Assembly: GCA_963695185.1 (NCBI GenBank)
Contig: CAVOGH010000002.1
Location: 125,684 to 189,683 of the forward strand
Source: an uncultured Gemmatimonadales bacterium
GTDB lineage: Bacteria > Gemmatimonadota > Gemmatimonadetes > Gemmatimonadales > GWC2-71-9
Direction of reading: 5' to 3'
Length of the DNA: 64,000 nucleotides
Below, one piece after another: positions 48,120 through 60,241 of this stretch; positions within the stretch are counted from its first letter, which is position 1; the number at the start of each line of letters is the position of its first letter. Under the pieces are notes generated by a model. The model was not told where the DNA came from. It made no database searches and worked only from the letters and a program-made list of their open reading frames with translations. Both the position numbers and the translations under genes were made by a program.

Positions 48120-51100
48120 ATGTCGCTCCCAATCGCCCGGTTGCGAGGCTGTCCCGCCACGCGTTCGCCACCGGAGCCTCCCATCACATCATTAGAGCCC
48201 CGCCGTCTCTTTGCCCGCCTGAGGGGCGTGCGCGGTGATGCCCGCGAGGATCTGCTTGCGGGACCCATCCGGGGCGAACTGCTCGGCGCCGAGCACCTTG
48301 GGGAACGGGCCCAGGTGCTGGCGGGCACACAGCAGCTGGCCTCCCGCCGGCGTGCCCGGCGGCGGACGCCCCTGCTCGCCCGGGTCACCCGGACCCGCCT
48401 GATCCTCGAGCAAGCCCAGCAGCGGCTCACCGCCGCCGCGACGCTGGGGCAGGACCTCAGCCCCGCCGGCGACTGGTTCCTCGACAACTACCACATCCTC
48501 CGTGAACACATCGGTGAGGTGCGGGAGAGCCTGCCGCGCGGCTACTACCGGGAACTGCCGGAGCTCGCCGACGGCCCGCTCGCGGGTTATCCCCGCGCCT
48601 ACGAGCTCGCGATCACCCTGATCTCGCACACCGAAGGCCGGGTGGACCTGGGCAACGTGAGCGGCTTCGTGAGCGCCTTCCAGGAGGTGGCGGTCCTCAA
48701 CCTGGGCGAGCTCTGGGCGCTCCCGGCCATGTTCCGGCTCGGCCTCATCGAGAACGTGCGCCGGATGGCGCTGCGCACGGTGCAGCGGCTGGACGAGATC
48801 GAGTCGGCCGACGCCGCCGCGGCGCGGATCGCCCGCGCGGGCGAGGACAGCCAGGAGGCACTCGACAACGAGCTCGACCGCTTCGCCTCCACCCCCCCGT
48901 CCCTCTCCCCGACCTTCATCTCCCGCTTCCTGCAGCAGCTCCGGATCGAGGGCGGAGCGCTGCCAGCTGTGACGCGGCTGGAGCAGTGGATCGCGGAAGA
49001 GGCGCTGAGCGGAGAGGAGGCCACGGCCCGGACCACGGGGCGGCTGGCGCTCACCCAGGTGATGATGGCCAACAGCATCACCAGCCTCCGCGACATCGGG
49101 CAGATGGACTGGCGCACGTTCGTGGAGCAGCAGAGCCGGGTGGAGACGCTGCTCCGTGCCGACCCCTCCGGCTTCTACCCGCGCATGACCTTTGCCACCC
49201 GGGACCGCTACCGGCACGTGGTGGAGCGCATCGCCCGGCGCACCCGGCTCACCGAGACGGCGGTGACGCGGATCGCCCTCGAGTGCGCCACCACGGGCCA
49301 GCAGGCGGCGGACCTCGACCCGCGGCAGGCCCATGTCGGCTACTACCTGATCGACGACGGGCTCCCCCTGCTGGAGCAGCGTACCGGCTACCGGAAGCGC
49401 TGGGGCGAGGCGCTCGAGCACCTGGCGCGCCGCTTTCCCAGCGTGGTGTTCGTGGGCGGAGTGGTCAGCGCGACGCTGCTCGCGCTCGCAACGCTCTTCT
49501 GGCTGGGCGGGCCGGCGGCGCGGCAGGAATGGCTGCTGCTGATCCTGCCCGGCCTGATCCTGGCCAACGACATCGCCGTCAGCGTGATCAATCAGCTGGT
49601 CACCGGGTTCCTGCCGCCGAGGAGCCTGCCCAAGCTCGACCTCCGGGAGCACGGCGTCCCGCCGGAGTTCCGGACCGCGGTGGTGATCCCGACGCTGTTC
49701 GGGAGTGTGGAGGCCGTGCGCGAGGCGCTGGACAACCTCGAGGTGCAGTTCCTCGCCAACCGGGAAGCCCACCTGCACTTCGCGGTGCTGAGCGATTTCA
49801 CCGACTCGGCCACCGAGACCCGACCCGACGACGCCGCCGTCCTCGAAGCCGCGACCGATGGCGTCCGCGCCCTCAACGCCCGCTACGCCCCGGCCACCCG
49901 CGATGCGTTCTATCTCTTTCACCGCCCCCGGCGCTGGAATCCGCGCGAGGGGGTGTGGATGGGCTGGGAACGCAAACGCGGCAAGCTGGCGGAGTTCAAT
50001 CGCTTCGTGCTGGATGGCGCGGCAGGGGCGTTCACGGTGACGGTGGGCGACCTGACGCCGATCCGGAGCGTCCGCTACGTCATCACCCTCGACGCCGACA
50101 CCGCGCTCCCGCCCGACGCGGCACCGCTCCTGGTCGGGGCGCTGGCGCATCCCCTGAACCGGGCCCAGTACGACCCCGCGCTGGGACGGGTGGTCCGCGG
50201 CTACGGCATCCTGCAGCCCCGGGTGGGCGTGTCGCTGGCGAGCGCGCACCGGTCGGTGTTCGCCGCGATCCACTCGGGCCATCCCGGCGTGGACCCCTAC
50301 ACCACGGCGGTCTCGGACGTCTACCAGGACCTGTACGGCGAGGGGAGCTTCACCGGAAAGGGCGGCTACGACGTGGCGGCCTTCGAGCGCGCCACCCACG
50401 GCCGCTTCCCGGAGAACACCCTGCTCTCCCACGACCTGATCGAGGGCAGCTTCGCCCGCGCCGGCCTCGCCACCGACGTGATCGTCTACGACGACTATCC
50501 CAGCCGCTACCTGACCTACACCCGCCGCAAGCACCGCTGGATCCGGGGCGACTGGCAGCTGCTCCCCTGGCTCACCAGCACGCGTGCCGGGACCGGACGG
50601 CCCCGAACCCAACCGGCTCTCGCTGCTCTCCCGCTGGAAGATCTTCGACAACCTGCGGCGCAGCACGCTGGAGGCGACCCAGCTCGTCTTCCTCGCGATC
50701 GGCTGGACTCCTCCTTCCCGGCGACCCGCTCCGCTGGACCCTGCTCGGCCTCGGCGCGGTCGCCGCCCCGTGGGTCATCTCGATCCTGCTCGCCGCTGCT
50801 GCGCCCGCCGCTGGACCGGTCGTGGCGAGCCTACTACGGCGCGGTCGGCCGCGATGCCGTCACCAGCGCCCAGCAGCTCGGGCTCGCACTGGTCTTCCTG
50901 GCGCACCAGGCGTGGATCTCGGTGGACGCGATCGGGCGGACGCTGTGGCGGATGGGGGTGTCCCGGCGCCTGCTGCTCGAGTGGCAGACCGCCTCGCTGG
51001 TGGAGGGAGAGAGCGCCGGGTCGTTCGGGAAGGCGTGGCGCGCGATGTGGCCCGCCGTGGCGGTGGCGCTGGTCGTGCTGTTCCTGGTCTGGTGGCGGGC

Positions 51101-54100
51101 CGACGACGGCGGGGCCGGCCGGGCCGCCGTGGCAGCTCGCGCTCGCGGTGCTGCCGCTGCTGCTGGCGTGGCTCGCCTCGCCGGCCGTGGCCCCCGCCCT
51201 GAGCCGGCCGCCGACGCCGGCCGGACGAGCGGCTCGCGCCGGACGCCGCGGGCCAGGGCACGCCGCTACGCGCTGCTCCACTGGCGCTACTTCGACCGCT
51301 TCGTGAGCGCCGAGACCCACTGGCTGGCGCCGGACAACTTCCAGGCTGAGCCGGAGCCGGTGGTGGCGATGCGCACCTCGCCCACCAACATCGGCCTGCA
51401 GCTCCTCGCGACGATGAGCGCGCACGACCTGGGCTTCCTCACGCTGGAGCAGCTGCTGCGCCGGCTGGAGCTGGCCTTCGCATCGCTCGCGGCGCATGCG
51501 CCGCTTCCGGGGGCACTTCTACAACTGGTACGACCTCCACGACCTGAGCGTGCTCGAGCCGGCGTACATCTCGACGGTGGACAGCGGCAACCTCGCCGGG
51601 CACCTCATCGCGCTCCGGCAGGCCTGCCTCCTCGCCGCCGACGAGCCGCTGCTCGACCCGCGACGCTGGCAGGCGCTCGAGACGGCGATCGGGCTGGCGG
51701 AGGAGCGGGTGCGGGCGCTCCCCGGCCCGGCGGCGGTCCTGCGGGAACTTCGCGCGGCCGGCGTGGCGCTCGCGGCCTCGCGCCGGGCGCCGCAGTCGGC
51801 CGCATTGCTGGCCGAGGTCGTACCGTTCCTCGAGCGCGCCGGGGCGCTGCTCGCCGCGGCCCCGCTCGAGGAGGCCGAGCGGGCCCACGCCGGGGAGTGG
51901 ATCGGATGGAGTCTCCAGCTGCTCGCCGCGCACCGCGCGCTGGGCCGCCAGCCTGGGAGCGCGGCCGGAGGTGACGCTGCAGCAGCTGGCGGAGCAGGGA
52001 TCGGCCGAAGCCGCGCGGCTCATCGCCCGGCTGGAGGCGATCGCGGAGCGGGCCTACCTGCTGGCGATGGAGATGGACTTCCGCTTCCTCTTCGACCCCA
52101 ACCGGAAGCTGTTCGCCATCGGCTTCCAGCAGGCCTCACACTCGCTCGACGGCTCCTACTACGACCTGCTCGCCTCCGAGGCCCGGCTCGCCAGCTTCAT
52201 CGCGGTGGCCAAGAACGATGCGCCGGTCGAGCACTGGTTCCACCTCGGCCGGTCGCTGACCTACGCCGCCGGGGCGCCCGCGCTGGTGTCGTGGAGCGGC
52301 AGCATGTTCGAGTACCTGATGCCGGCGCTGGTCATGCGCGCCTTCCCCCACACGCTGCTGGCGCAGACGGCCGACGGGGCGCTGGCGCGGCAGCGGGCCT
52401 ACGGCGCGCGAGCGGGACGTGCCGTGGGGGGTGAGCGAGAGCGCCTACAACGTCCGCGACCGGCACGCGACCTATCAGTACCGCCCCTTCGGCGTGCCGG
52501 ACCTCGCCCTCAAGCGAGGCCTCGGCCGCGAACTGGTGGTGGCGCCCTACGCCTCGCTGCTCGCCGCCATGCTCGATCCCCGGGCGGCGCTCGACAACCT
52601 CGAGGAGCTCGAACGACTCGGCGGCGCTCGGGCCCTACGGCTTCCGCGATGCGCTCGACTACACCCGCCCCGACCCCAGATCAGCGCTTCGCCGTGGTCC
52701 ACACGTACATGGCGCATCACCTGGGCATGGGGCTGGTGGCCCTCACCAACGTGCTCGGCGGCCACCTCTGGCAGCGGCGCTTCCACGCCGACCCGCTGGT
52801 GCGCTCGGCGGAGCTGCTGCTGCACGAGCGGATCCCCCGCCGGCTGGTCCTGCACAAGCCCCAGGACGACCGCGCCGACACCGCCCTGCCGGAGACGGAG
52901 CCGGAGCTCCCGGCGGTGCGCCAGATCGACACGCCGGACACCACCCATCCGCACGTGGCGCTGCTCGGCCACCAGCCCTACACGATCATGGTCACCCACT
53001 GCGGCGGCGGGTACAGCCGCTACGAGTCGCTCGCGGTCACCCGCTGGCGCTCCGACGGCAGCCGGGACGCCACCGGGCAGTTCTGCTACCTCAAGGATCT
53101 CGGCAGCGGCCGCGTCTGGTCAGCCGGGCACCAGCCGGTCTGCGCCCCCGCCGACTGGCAGCACGCCTACCTGGCGACCGATCGGGTCACCTTCGACCGC
53201 GCCGACGGCGACATCGAGACCCGGACCGAGATCGTGGTGGTCCCGGAGGATGCGGCCGAGGTGCGCCGGGTGACCGTCACCAACAACGGCACCGAACCCG
53301 CGGAGCTCGAACTCACCAGCTACGGGGAGCTGGTACTCGCGCCGCCCGACGCCGACCGGGCGCACCCCGCCTTCGGCAACCTGTTCGTCGAGACCGAGTG
53401 GCACGCCTGGTGTGGCGCCATCACCGCCACCCGCCGGCCGCGTTCGTCGGAGGAGCAGCCGATCTGGTGCGTGCACGTCGCCGCGACCGGTCCGGAGCTG
53501 GTGGGTGCGGTGACCTGCGAAACCGACCGGGCCCGCTTCCTCGGCCGGGGGCGCTCGAGCCGCGACCCGGTGGCGCTGGAACAGGATGGACCGCTCTCGA
53601 TGACCACCGGTGCCGTGCTCGACCCGATCTTCGCGCTCCGCACGCGGGTGACGCTTGCCGCCGGGGCAATCGGCGTCGGTGGCCTTCACCACCTGCGTCG
53701 CGACCAGCCGGGATCAGGCTTTCGCGCTCGCCGACCGCTACCGCGACCCGCATTCGGCCCAGCGGGCCCTCGACCTCGCCTGGACCTCCAGCCAGGCGGA
53801 GCTCCGCGAGCTCGATCTCACCCCCACGCTGGCGGCGGTGTTCCAGGAGCTCGCCGGCCAGCTCTTCCACGGCAGCCCGACCCTGCGGCGCGGCGACGGC
53901 GGAGCTGCAGCGGTCCGCCGGGTCGCAGCCGCTCCTCTGGGCCACCGGGGTCTCGGGCGACTGGCCCATCCTGCTCGCCACCATCGGCGTCGGCCGACGG
54001 CCTGCCGACCCTGCGCCAGCTGCTCGCGGCCCACCGCTACTGGCGCCGGCACGGGATGACCGTGGACCTGGTGATCCTCAACACCCATCCGCCCGACTAC

Positions 54101-56914
54101 CTGCAGGACCTCGCCGACCGGATCACCAGCGCGGTCTACGCGCTGGGCGACTCGGGCTCGGTGGACCGCTCCGGCGGGGTCTTCCTCCGGCGGCGGGACC
54201 TGCTCACCGCCGGAGCAGCTCCGGATGCTCCGAGCGACGGCGCGGGTCCACATCCCCTGCGACGGCCGGCCCCTCGGCCGGATCCTGGCCAGCGCCCTGC
54301 CTGACGCAGAGCCACCGGACGACGAGAGCGAACCACCGGCGCCCGCCGAGACCCGCGTGCCCGACCGGGGCGATGCCGGCGTGGTGGGGGTGGTGCGGCG
54401 CATCGGGGCGCGGCTGCTCGCCCCGCTGGCCGCGATGGCGCTCGGAGCTGGAGCAGGAGGAGCACCGTGGCGGCTCGGACACCCCGGTTTCGCATGCCGC
54501 AGAACGGGTTCGGCGGTCTCACGGTGGACGGGGACTACGAGATCCAGGTCGCGGGGGACCGGCTGCCGCCGGCGCCGTGGGCCAACGTGATCGCCAATCC
54601 GCACGGCGGCTTCGTGGTCACCGAGCGGGGCGGAGGATTCACCTGGGCGGAGAACAGCTACTTCTACCGGCTCACCCCGTGGCACAACGATCCGGTGAGC
54701 GACCCGGTGAGCGAGGTGGTGTACCTGCAGGACGACGAGACCGGCGACCTCTGGTCCGCCACGCCAGGACCGGTACGGACGGCGACGGAGTTCACCGTGC
54801 GCCATGGCCCGGGCGAATCCAACTTTGCCCAGCAGCACACCGGGATCAGCGACCGAACTGACGCTCGGCATGGCCGACGACGCGGCGGTGAAGCTCACCC
54901 TGCTCCGGGTGACCAACACCGGCACGCGACGCGCGGCGACTCACCCTCACGACCTTCGTCGAGTGGACCCTCGGCGTCCTGCGCGAGCACACCCAGCACC
55001 AGGTGCGCACGGCGTACGATCCGGTCGAGGCAGACCCTCTTCGCCCGGAACATTCATTCGATCCCGCGCTTCGCCGGGTGGACCGCCTTTCACGCCATCT
55101 CGGAGCCGGTCATCGGCCACACCGGGAGCCGGCGCGAGTTCCTGGGGCGCAACGGGACCAGCGCCAGCCCGGCCGCGCTCGAGCCGGGCGGCCTCCTGCA
55201 GGGTATCACGGGGGCGGGCATCGATCCCTGCGCCGCCCTGCAGGTGCGAGCTGGAGCTGGCCCCGGGCGAGACCCGCGAGATCGTCGATGCTGCTCGGCG
55301 CCGCCGACGGCGAGGCCGCGCGCGCAAGGCGCTGATCGCGAGCTACCGCGGCGTGGTCCCGGCGCGGGCGGCGCTGGAGCAGAGCGTCGCCGGCTGGGAC
55401 CGAGCGGCTCTCGGTGATCCGGGTCCAGACCCCCGAGCCGAGCTTCGACGCCATGCTCAACCGCTGGACGCTGTACCAGACGCTCGCCTGCCGGATGTGG
55501 GCCCGCTCGGCGCTGTACCAGAGCAGCGGCGCCTACGGCTTCCGCGACCAGCTGCAGGACGTGATGGCGCTCGTCTACGCCGAGCCGGCGCTGGCGCGGG
55601 CCCACCTGCTCCGGACGGCGGCGCGGCAGTTCGTCGAAGGGCGACGTGCAGCACTGGTGGCACCCGCAGAGCGGACGCGGGCGTCCGGACCCGGTTCTCC
55701 GACGACCTCGCCTGGCTGCCCTATGTGGTGGACCACTACGTCCGGGTCACCGGCGACCGGTCGGTGCTCGACGAGCCGGTGCCCTTTCTCCGGATGCGCG
55801 CCCTCGCGCCCGACGAGCACGAGATCTACGACCTGCCGGACGTCACCGAGGAGCGCGCCAGCCTGTACGAGCACTGCCTGCGGGCGCTCTCGCCGGGCCT
55901 GCACCACCGGCGGCGCACGGCCTCCCGCTCATCGGGGGCGGCGACTGGAACGACGGGATGAACCGGGTCGGGCACCGAGGGGCGGGGCGAGAGCGTCTGG
56001 CTGGCGTGGTTCCTCGCCACCACGCTCACCGGCTACGCCTCACAGCGCCGAGGCGCGGGGCGACGCGACGATCGCGACCGAGTTCCGCCGCCAGGCGGCG
56101 GCCTACGTCGCCGCCGTCGAGCAGCAGGGCTGGGATGGCGAGTGGTACCGCCGGGCCTACTACGACGACGGCACCCCGCTCGGCTCGGCGGCGAACGCAG
56201 GAGTGCCGCATCGACTCGATTGCGCAGAGCTGGAGCGTGATCTCGGGCGCCGGCGCGGCCCGAGCGGCAGGCGCAGGCGATGCGCTCGCTCGAGCAGCAC
56301 CTGGTGGACCAGCCCAACCGGCTGCTGCTCCTGCTGACCCTGCCTTCGACCAGACGGCGCAGGATCCCGGCTACATCAAGGGCTACCTGCCCGGAGTCCG
56401 CGAGAATGGGGCGCAGTACACCCACGCCGCGCTCTGGGCGGTCCTCGCCACGGCGCTCCAGGGCGACGGCGACCGCGCCTTCGAGCTGTTCCAGATGCTC
56501 AACCCGCTCACCCACGCGCGCACCCTGGCCGAGGTCTCGACCTACAAGGTGGAGCCATACGTGGTGGCGGCCGACGTCTACACCGCGGCGGGACAGATCG
56601 GCCGCGGCGGCTGGACCTGGTACACCGGCTCGGCGAGCTGGATGTACCGGGTCGGGCTGGAGGGGATCCTGGGATTCAACAAGCGGGGCGACCGGCTGCT
56701 CATCGAGCCCCGAGTGCCGGCGGCGTGGACTGAATACTCGATCGAGTACCGCCATGGCCAGAGCGTCTATGCGGTGACCGTGCGGAACGGAACCGGGGCG
56801 GCGTGGGGCGCTGCGGCGGTGACCCTGGACGGCGTGACCCTTCCGACAGGCAGCATCCCGCTGGTGGATGACGGCCACCGGCATGAGGTGGTGGTGCGGG
56901 CGGTCCTGGTGTGA
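48120..56914 (+). CDS. ndvB: Cyclic beta-1,2-glucan synthase (Cgs/NdvB/ChvB-like; GT84 plus glucoamylase-like plus GH94 domains); more than ten frameshifts in the 3' two thirds
   Basis: [116 protein letters not shown]. Confidence 0.88.
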
Positions 56915-57073
56915 GTGGGTCGCGGGGTACGCATCTCCACATAGCGCACAACCGTTGTCGGCTGTGGGGCGGGCGTACCGCAACCGGACCCGCGACTCAT
57001 CCAGAGTTAATTTCGGTGCGACGGTCCGATGCGGACCGGCCCGGGCAAAGATCGCTACGACCGGTCCGCGGCC

Positions 57074-57727
57074 TCAGCGGCCGCCAGCGGCCGCCTGCAC
57101 CTGCTGGCCCGCGGCCTTCCAGGCTTCGATCCCGCCCCGGTACCAGAGCACATTCTTGTACCCCATGTTGATCGCCCGGAGCGAGGCGTTGTAGGACATC
57201 CAGCAGTGACTCGACAGGCAGTAGAACACCAGCGGCGTTTCCTTGTTGCCCTGGGTGGTCTGGTTGAGGAACTGCCCGAACTCCTGCTGGGTCCGGTCGC
57301 TGAACGATCCGGCCTGCGCGGCGGGGACGGCCGGGAGGGCGCCGGGGATCACCTCGGGGCCGCCGAGGATGTCGAAGACGAAGGCGCGGACCTGGTTCCC
57401 CTGCAGCAGCGCTACCAGCCCGGGCGTGGTGATCACCTGTCCGCCGGGGATGCTGCTGGGCGTCGGGGCGTGCATGGGGCCGCTGTGCAGCTGGGCGGTG
57501 GCCGCCACCCCGAAGTCCTGCCGCTCCGCCTGCATCTGCTGCTCCGCCCCCGGGCCGGGACGCGGCGCATTCGGCGGCGGCGGCGGCCCATACGGCGACC
57601 CCGACGGCGGCGCCGGCTGATTCGGTGGGGGCGAGGGCGGAGCGGGCTGCCCGAAGCTGTCCTGTGCCTGTGCGGAGGGAACGGCGAATGCCAGGGCCAC
57701 GAACGACAGAAGGGCAACGTTCCGCAT
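57074..57727 (-). CDS. Exported rhodanese-like protein related to the PQQ-associated CXXCW family
   Basis: Signal peptide, Pro-rich linker, APTPSSIPGG..ITT, FYCLSSHCWMSYNA..RA, WYRGGIEAW. Confidence 0.8.
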   Translation of the reverse strand: MRNVALLSFVALAFAVPSAQAQDSFGQPAPPSPPPNQPAPPSGSPYGPPPPPNAPRPGPGAEQQMQAERQDFGVAATAQLHSGPMHAPTPSSIPGGQVITTPGLVALLQGNQVRAFVFDILGGPEVIPGALPAVPAAQAGSFSDRTQQEFGQFLNQTTQGNKETPLVFYCLSSHCWMSYNASLRAINMGYKNVLWYRGGIEAWKAAGQQVQAAAGGR

Positions 57728-57741
57728 CGGAGTCTCCCGGT

Positions 57742-58890
57742 TCATTGGGTCGGCTGGAGCCGCTGACCCTGGATGCCGAGGTCGCGGGCGGGATCGAGGT
57801 TGACGTCGTCGGTGAGCAGGAAGCTGCCGTCGTTGAGGCGCCAGGCGTGAGGATACTGGCTGGAAAGCTGCACCGTGCCCCCGGCCACGGGGTCGTTGTA
57901 GGTCTCGACCCCGCGGATGCTCTCGACCGTCTCCCGCTGGGTGCGGTCGGAGCTCTCGTTCCGCTGCTGCCAGCCCTGCATCTGCATGTCGCTGATCTCG
58001 CGTCCGGTCTGGGCGATGATCTCCGAACGCTCCCGGGCGCCGCGGAGGTTGGTCTCCGCGATCCGGCGGTTACTCTCCATCGCGATCCGGTGTCGCTCGT
58101 TGGCGGACTGGATCATCCGCTGGTTCCACTCCGGGCCGAGCCGGACGGAGTTCCTGAGCGCGTCCACTCGGCGGAAGTCGAGCGCGCCATCCGGCGCCCG
58201 CATGGCGAAACCGGTGAAGGTCTGGCCCTGCAGCAGCTCGACCCCCGGACCCGCGCCGATGGGAGGAAACTGGGTGTGGGTGAAGGCGGCGACGGTGGAG
58301 ATGGTCTCCCGCACCGGCTTCCCCGCCACCTGGTAGGCGAGGAGCACCTCGCCCCCCTCCACCCAGCTCCGCATCCCGCCCCCGCCCTGCATGGGGCTGT
58401 TGCTGTTGAGCCCCTGGTAGGGCTGGGCCAGGTCGGGCCGGGGCCGGAAGTCCATGATCCGGGCTCCCCGTCGCTCCCGCTGCACGTACCACTCGAGGTA
58501 CCCCCGCACCGCCGTAATCGGAACCCGGGGACAGGGCACGTTCTGCATCGGGAAGTTGCCGGTACTCCAGCGCTCGGCGGGGATGAACTGCATGGCGCCC
58601 ATCCCGTCCGGCGCCGTGGCCTTCCAGTTGAACTGGTGCGCTTCACCGCACTGGTTCATCGGGTTCCACGCCACCTGCCCTTCCGGTCGCCAGCCGGCAG
58701 GCATCAGGACCGTGGCCGCCACCAGCGGTTTCTCGAAGCCCTGCCGGTCCATGACCTGGACCGGCTGGACCCGAAAGGCCCCGGCCGGGAGCGGCTTGGC
58801 CCCCGCCTGGGCGGCGAGGATCGCGGGATTGGAGGTACAGCAAGCGGCGGCGAGCAGGACTGTTGCACGAATCTTGGCGCGGACGAGCAT
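57742..58890 (-). CDS. Secreted hypothetical protein
   Basis: GGAGAGG RBS, signal-like N-terminus, GC3-biased codons, Gln/Arg-rich helical C-terminal part. Confidence 0.75.
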   Translation of the reverse strand: MLVRAKIRATVLLAAACCTSNPAILAAQAGAKPLPAGAFRVQPVQVMDRQGFEKPLVAATVLMPAGWRPEGQVAWNPMNQCGEAHQFNWKATAPDGMGAMQFIPAERWSTGNFPMQNVPCPRVPITAVRGYLEWYVQRERRGARIMDFRPRPDLAQPYQGLNSNSPMQGGGGMRSWVEGGEVLLAYQVAGKPVRETISTVAAFTHTQFPPIGAGPGVELLQGQTFTGFAMRAPDGALDFRRVDALRNSVRLGPEWNQRMIQSANERHRIAMESNRRIAETNLRGARERSEIIAQTGREISDMQMQGWQQRNESSDRTQRETVESIRGVETYNDPVAGGTVQLSSQYPHAWRLNDGSFLLTDDVNLDPARDLGIQGQRLQPTQ

Positions 58891-58992
58891 TCGCCTCTCC
58901 CCTGAGCGGGTCCGGTGTACCTGTAGAATGGGCCCGGACGGGCGTTCAGGGAAGGGCGACTCCGGCTACTCGGCGGAAGGCGGAGTGCCCCC

Positions 58993-59087
58993 TGTCATCG
59001 CGAGGAGGCCCCACAGGGCCGACGAAGCAATCCCTGGGAGAGTGCACCCAGGGGCTTGCTCCGGCCGCTCCGCGGCCTCGCAACGGC
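58993..59087. repeat. GTCATNGCGAG...GAAGCAATC-type palindromic intergenic element
   Basis: TGTCATCGCGAGG..GGCCGACGAAGCAATCC..GCTTGCTCCG..CCTCGCAACGGC, nested inverted arms. Confidence 0.65.
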
Positions 59088-59133
59088 CGGCGGGGTGGCG
59101 ACGAACCCGAGGACCTCCCTCTCGGCGGCCGGT

Positions 59134-59706
59134 TCAGCTCGCGCCGAGCGGCTGAATCGCCACCCGGCCGCGGTGCTTGAGGTGCGGGTTGGTCCGGGCG
59201 ATGGCGCGCGCGTCGTCGAGCGTCGGGGCCACGATGATGAAATACCCGGTGAGCGCGCCGGGCGGAGCCGGCACCGCCGCGTCCTGGATCATGCCGTCCG
59301 GTTCGAGCACCGTCCGGTCCGGCAGCAGCTCCGCGCCGTCCACCAGCTGGTTCCGGGCCGCGAGCGTCATGGCCCAGTCGCGATACTCCGCCACATACGC
59401 TTCTTCGTGGCCCGGTGCCGGGCCCTCGAACGTCGCATCCTCATAGAGCAGCAGCATCCACCGGTTCCCCGGCGGGGCGCCGGGACTGACGCTCGTCGGC
59501 GCCGTCTGCCGCCCCAGGAAGAAGGAGGCGAGTGCCGCAGCGATGGCGAGTGGCCAGGCGGCCCAGCTTCGCTGGCGCCGCAGCATGCCGCGCGCCGTCA
59601 GTGACTGTACCACCCGTTCCTCCAATTCTGCGGGCATGGTATGGTCCTCGCCCAGCCGCCGCAGCGGCTCGGGCCGGTGATCGGGATCGTCGTAGGGCGC
59701 GGTCAT
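59134..59706 (-). CDS. Putative anti-sigma factor: short N-terminus, TM helix, YCII-like domain
   Basis: LEERVV.SL, TM WPLAIAAALASFFLG, WMLLLYE..GAEL..GYFII.A....A..IA...PHL..G...I.P. Confidence 0.7.
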   Translation of the reverse strand: MTAPYDDPDHRPEPLRRLGEDHTMPAELEERVVQSLTARGMLRRQRSWAAWPLAIAAALASFFLGRQTAPTSVSPGAPPGNRWMLLLYEDATFEGPAPGHEEAYVAEYRDWAMTLAARNQLVDGAELLPDRTVLEPDGMIQDAAVPAPPGALTGYFIIVAPTLDDARAIARTNPHLKHRGRVAIQPLGAS

Positions 59707-60241
59707 GCCGGCCTCCCATCGGGTTCAAGCCAACGCCGCAGACTCTGCCGGGCGCGCGACAGCTGACTCTTGGATGTCCCTACGTCGATGCCGAGCAGGG
59801 TGGCGATGTCTTCGTGGGTGTAGCCCTCGACGTCGTGCAGCACCACCGCCGCACGATAGCCCGGGGGCAGTGCGGCGATGGCCTCCCGGAGATCCAGCCG
59901 CTCGTCGAGGTGTACCGGTCGCGACTCGGCGTCCGGCAGTCCGGTCACGCTCCCGCCTTCGCGGGCCCACTCGCGCTGCAGCTCGCGGACCCGGTTGATG
60001 AGGAATCCGGTGAGCCAGGTGGCGAGGCTGGAGCGCCATTCAAAGCTGCCGAACTTCGCGGCCGCCCGGAGCCAGGTGTCGTGCACCACATCCTCGGCCA
60101 CGCCACCCCGGTCGTCGGTGAGCCGGAGCGCCACGCGATAGAGCCTGGGGGTGTGCCGCCGGTAAAGGACGCGAAATGCCCGCTCGTCGCCCTGGTTGAG
60201 CACGGCGGCCACCAGCTCGCGGTCGGAGGGATATCGGTCAC
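59703..60241 (-). CDS. ECF RNA polymerase sigma factor; 1-nt homopolymer frameshift near 60228
   Basis: SDRELV..GDERAF..LY.RH, AEDVVHDTW, SSLATWL, LP.GYR..VVLHDVEGY.H.DIA..LGI..GTSKSQL.RAR. Confidence 0.93.
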
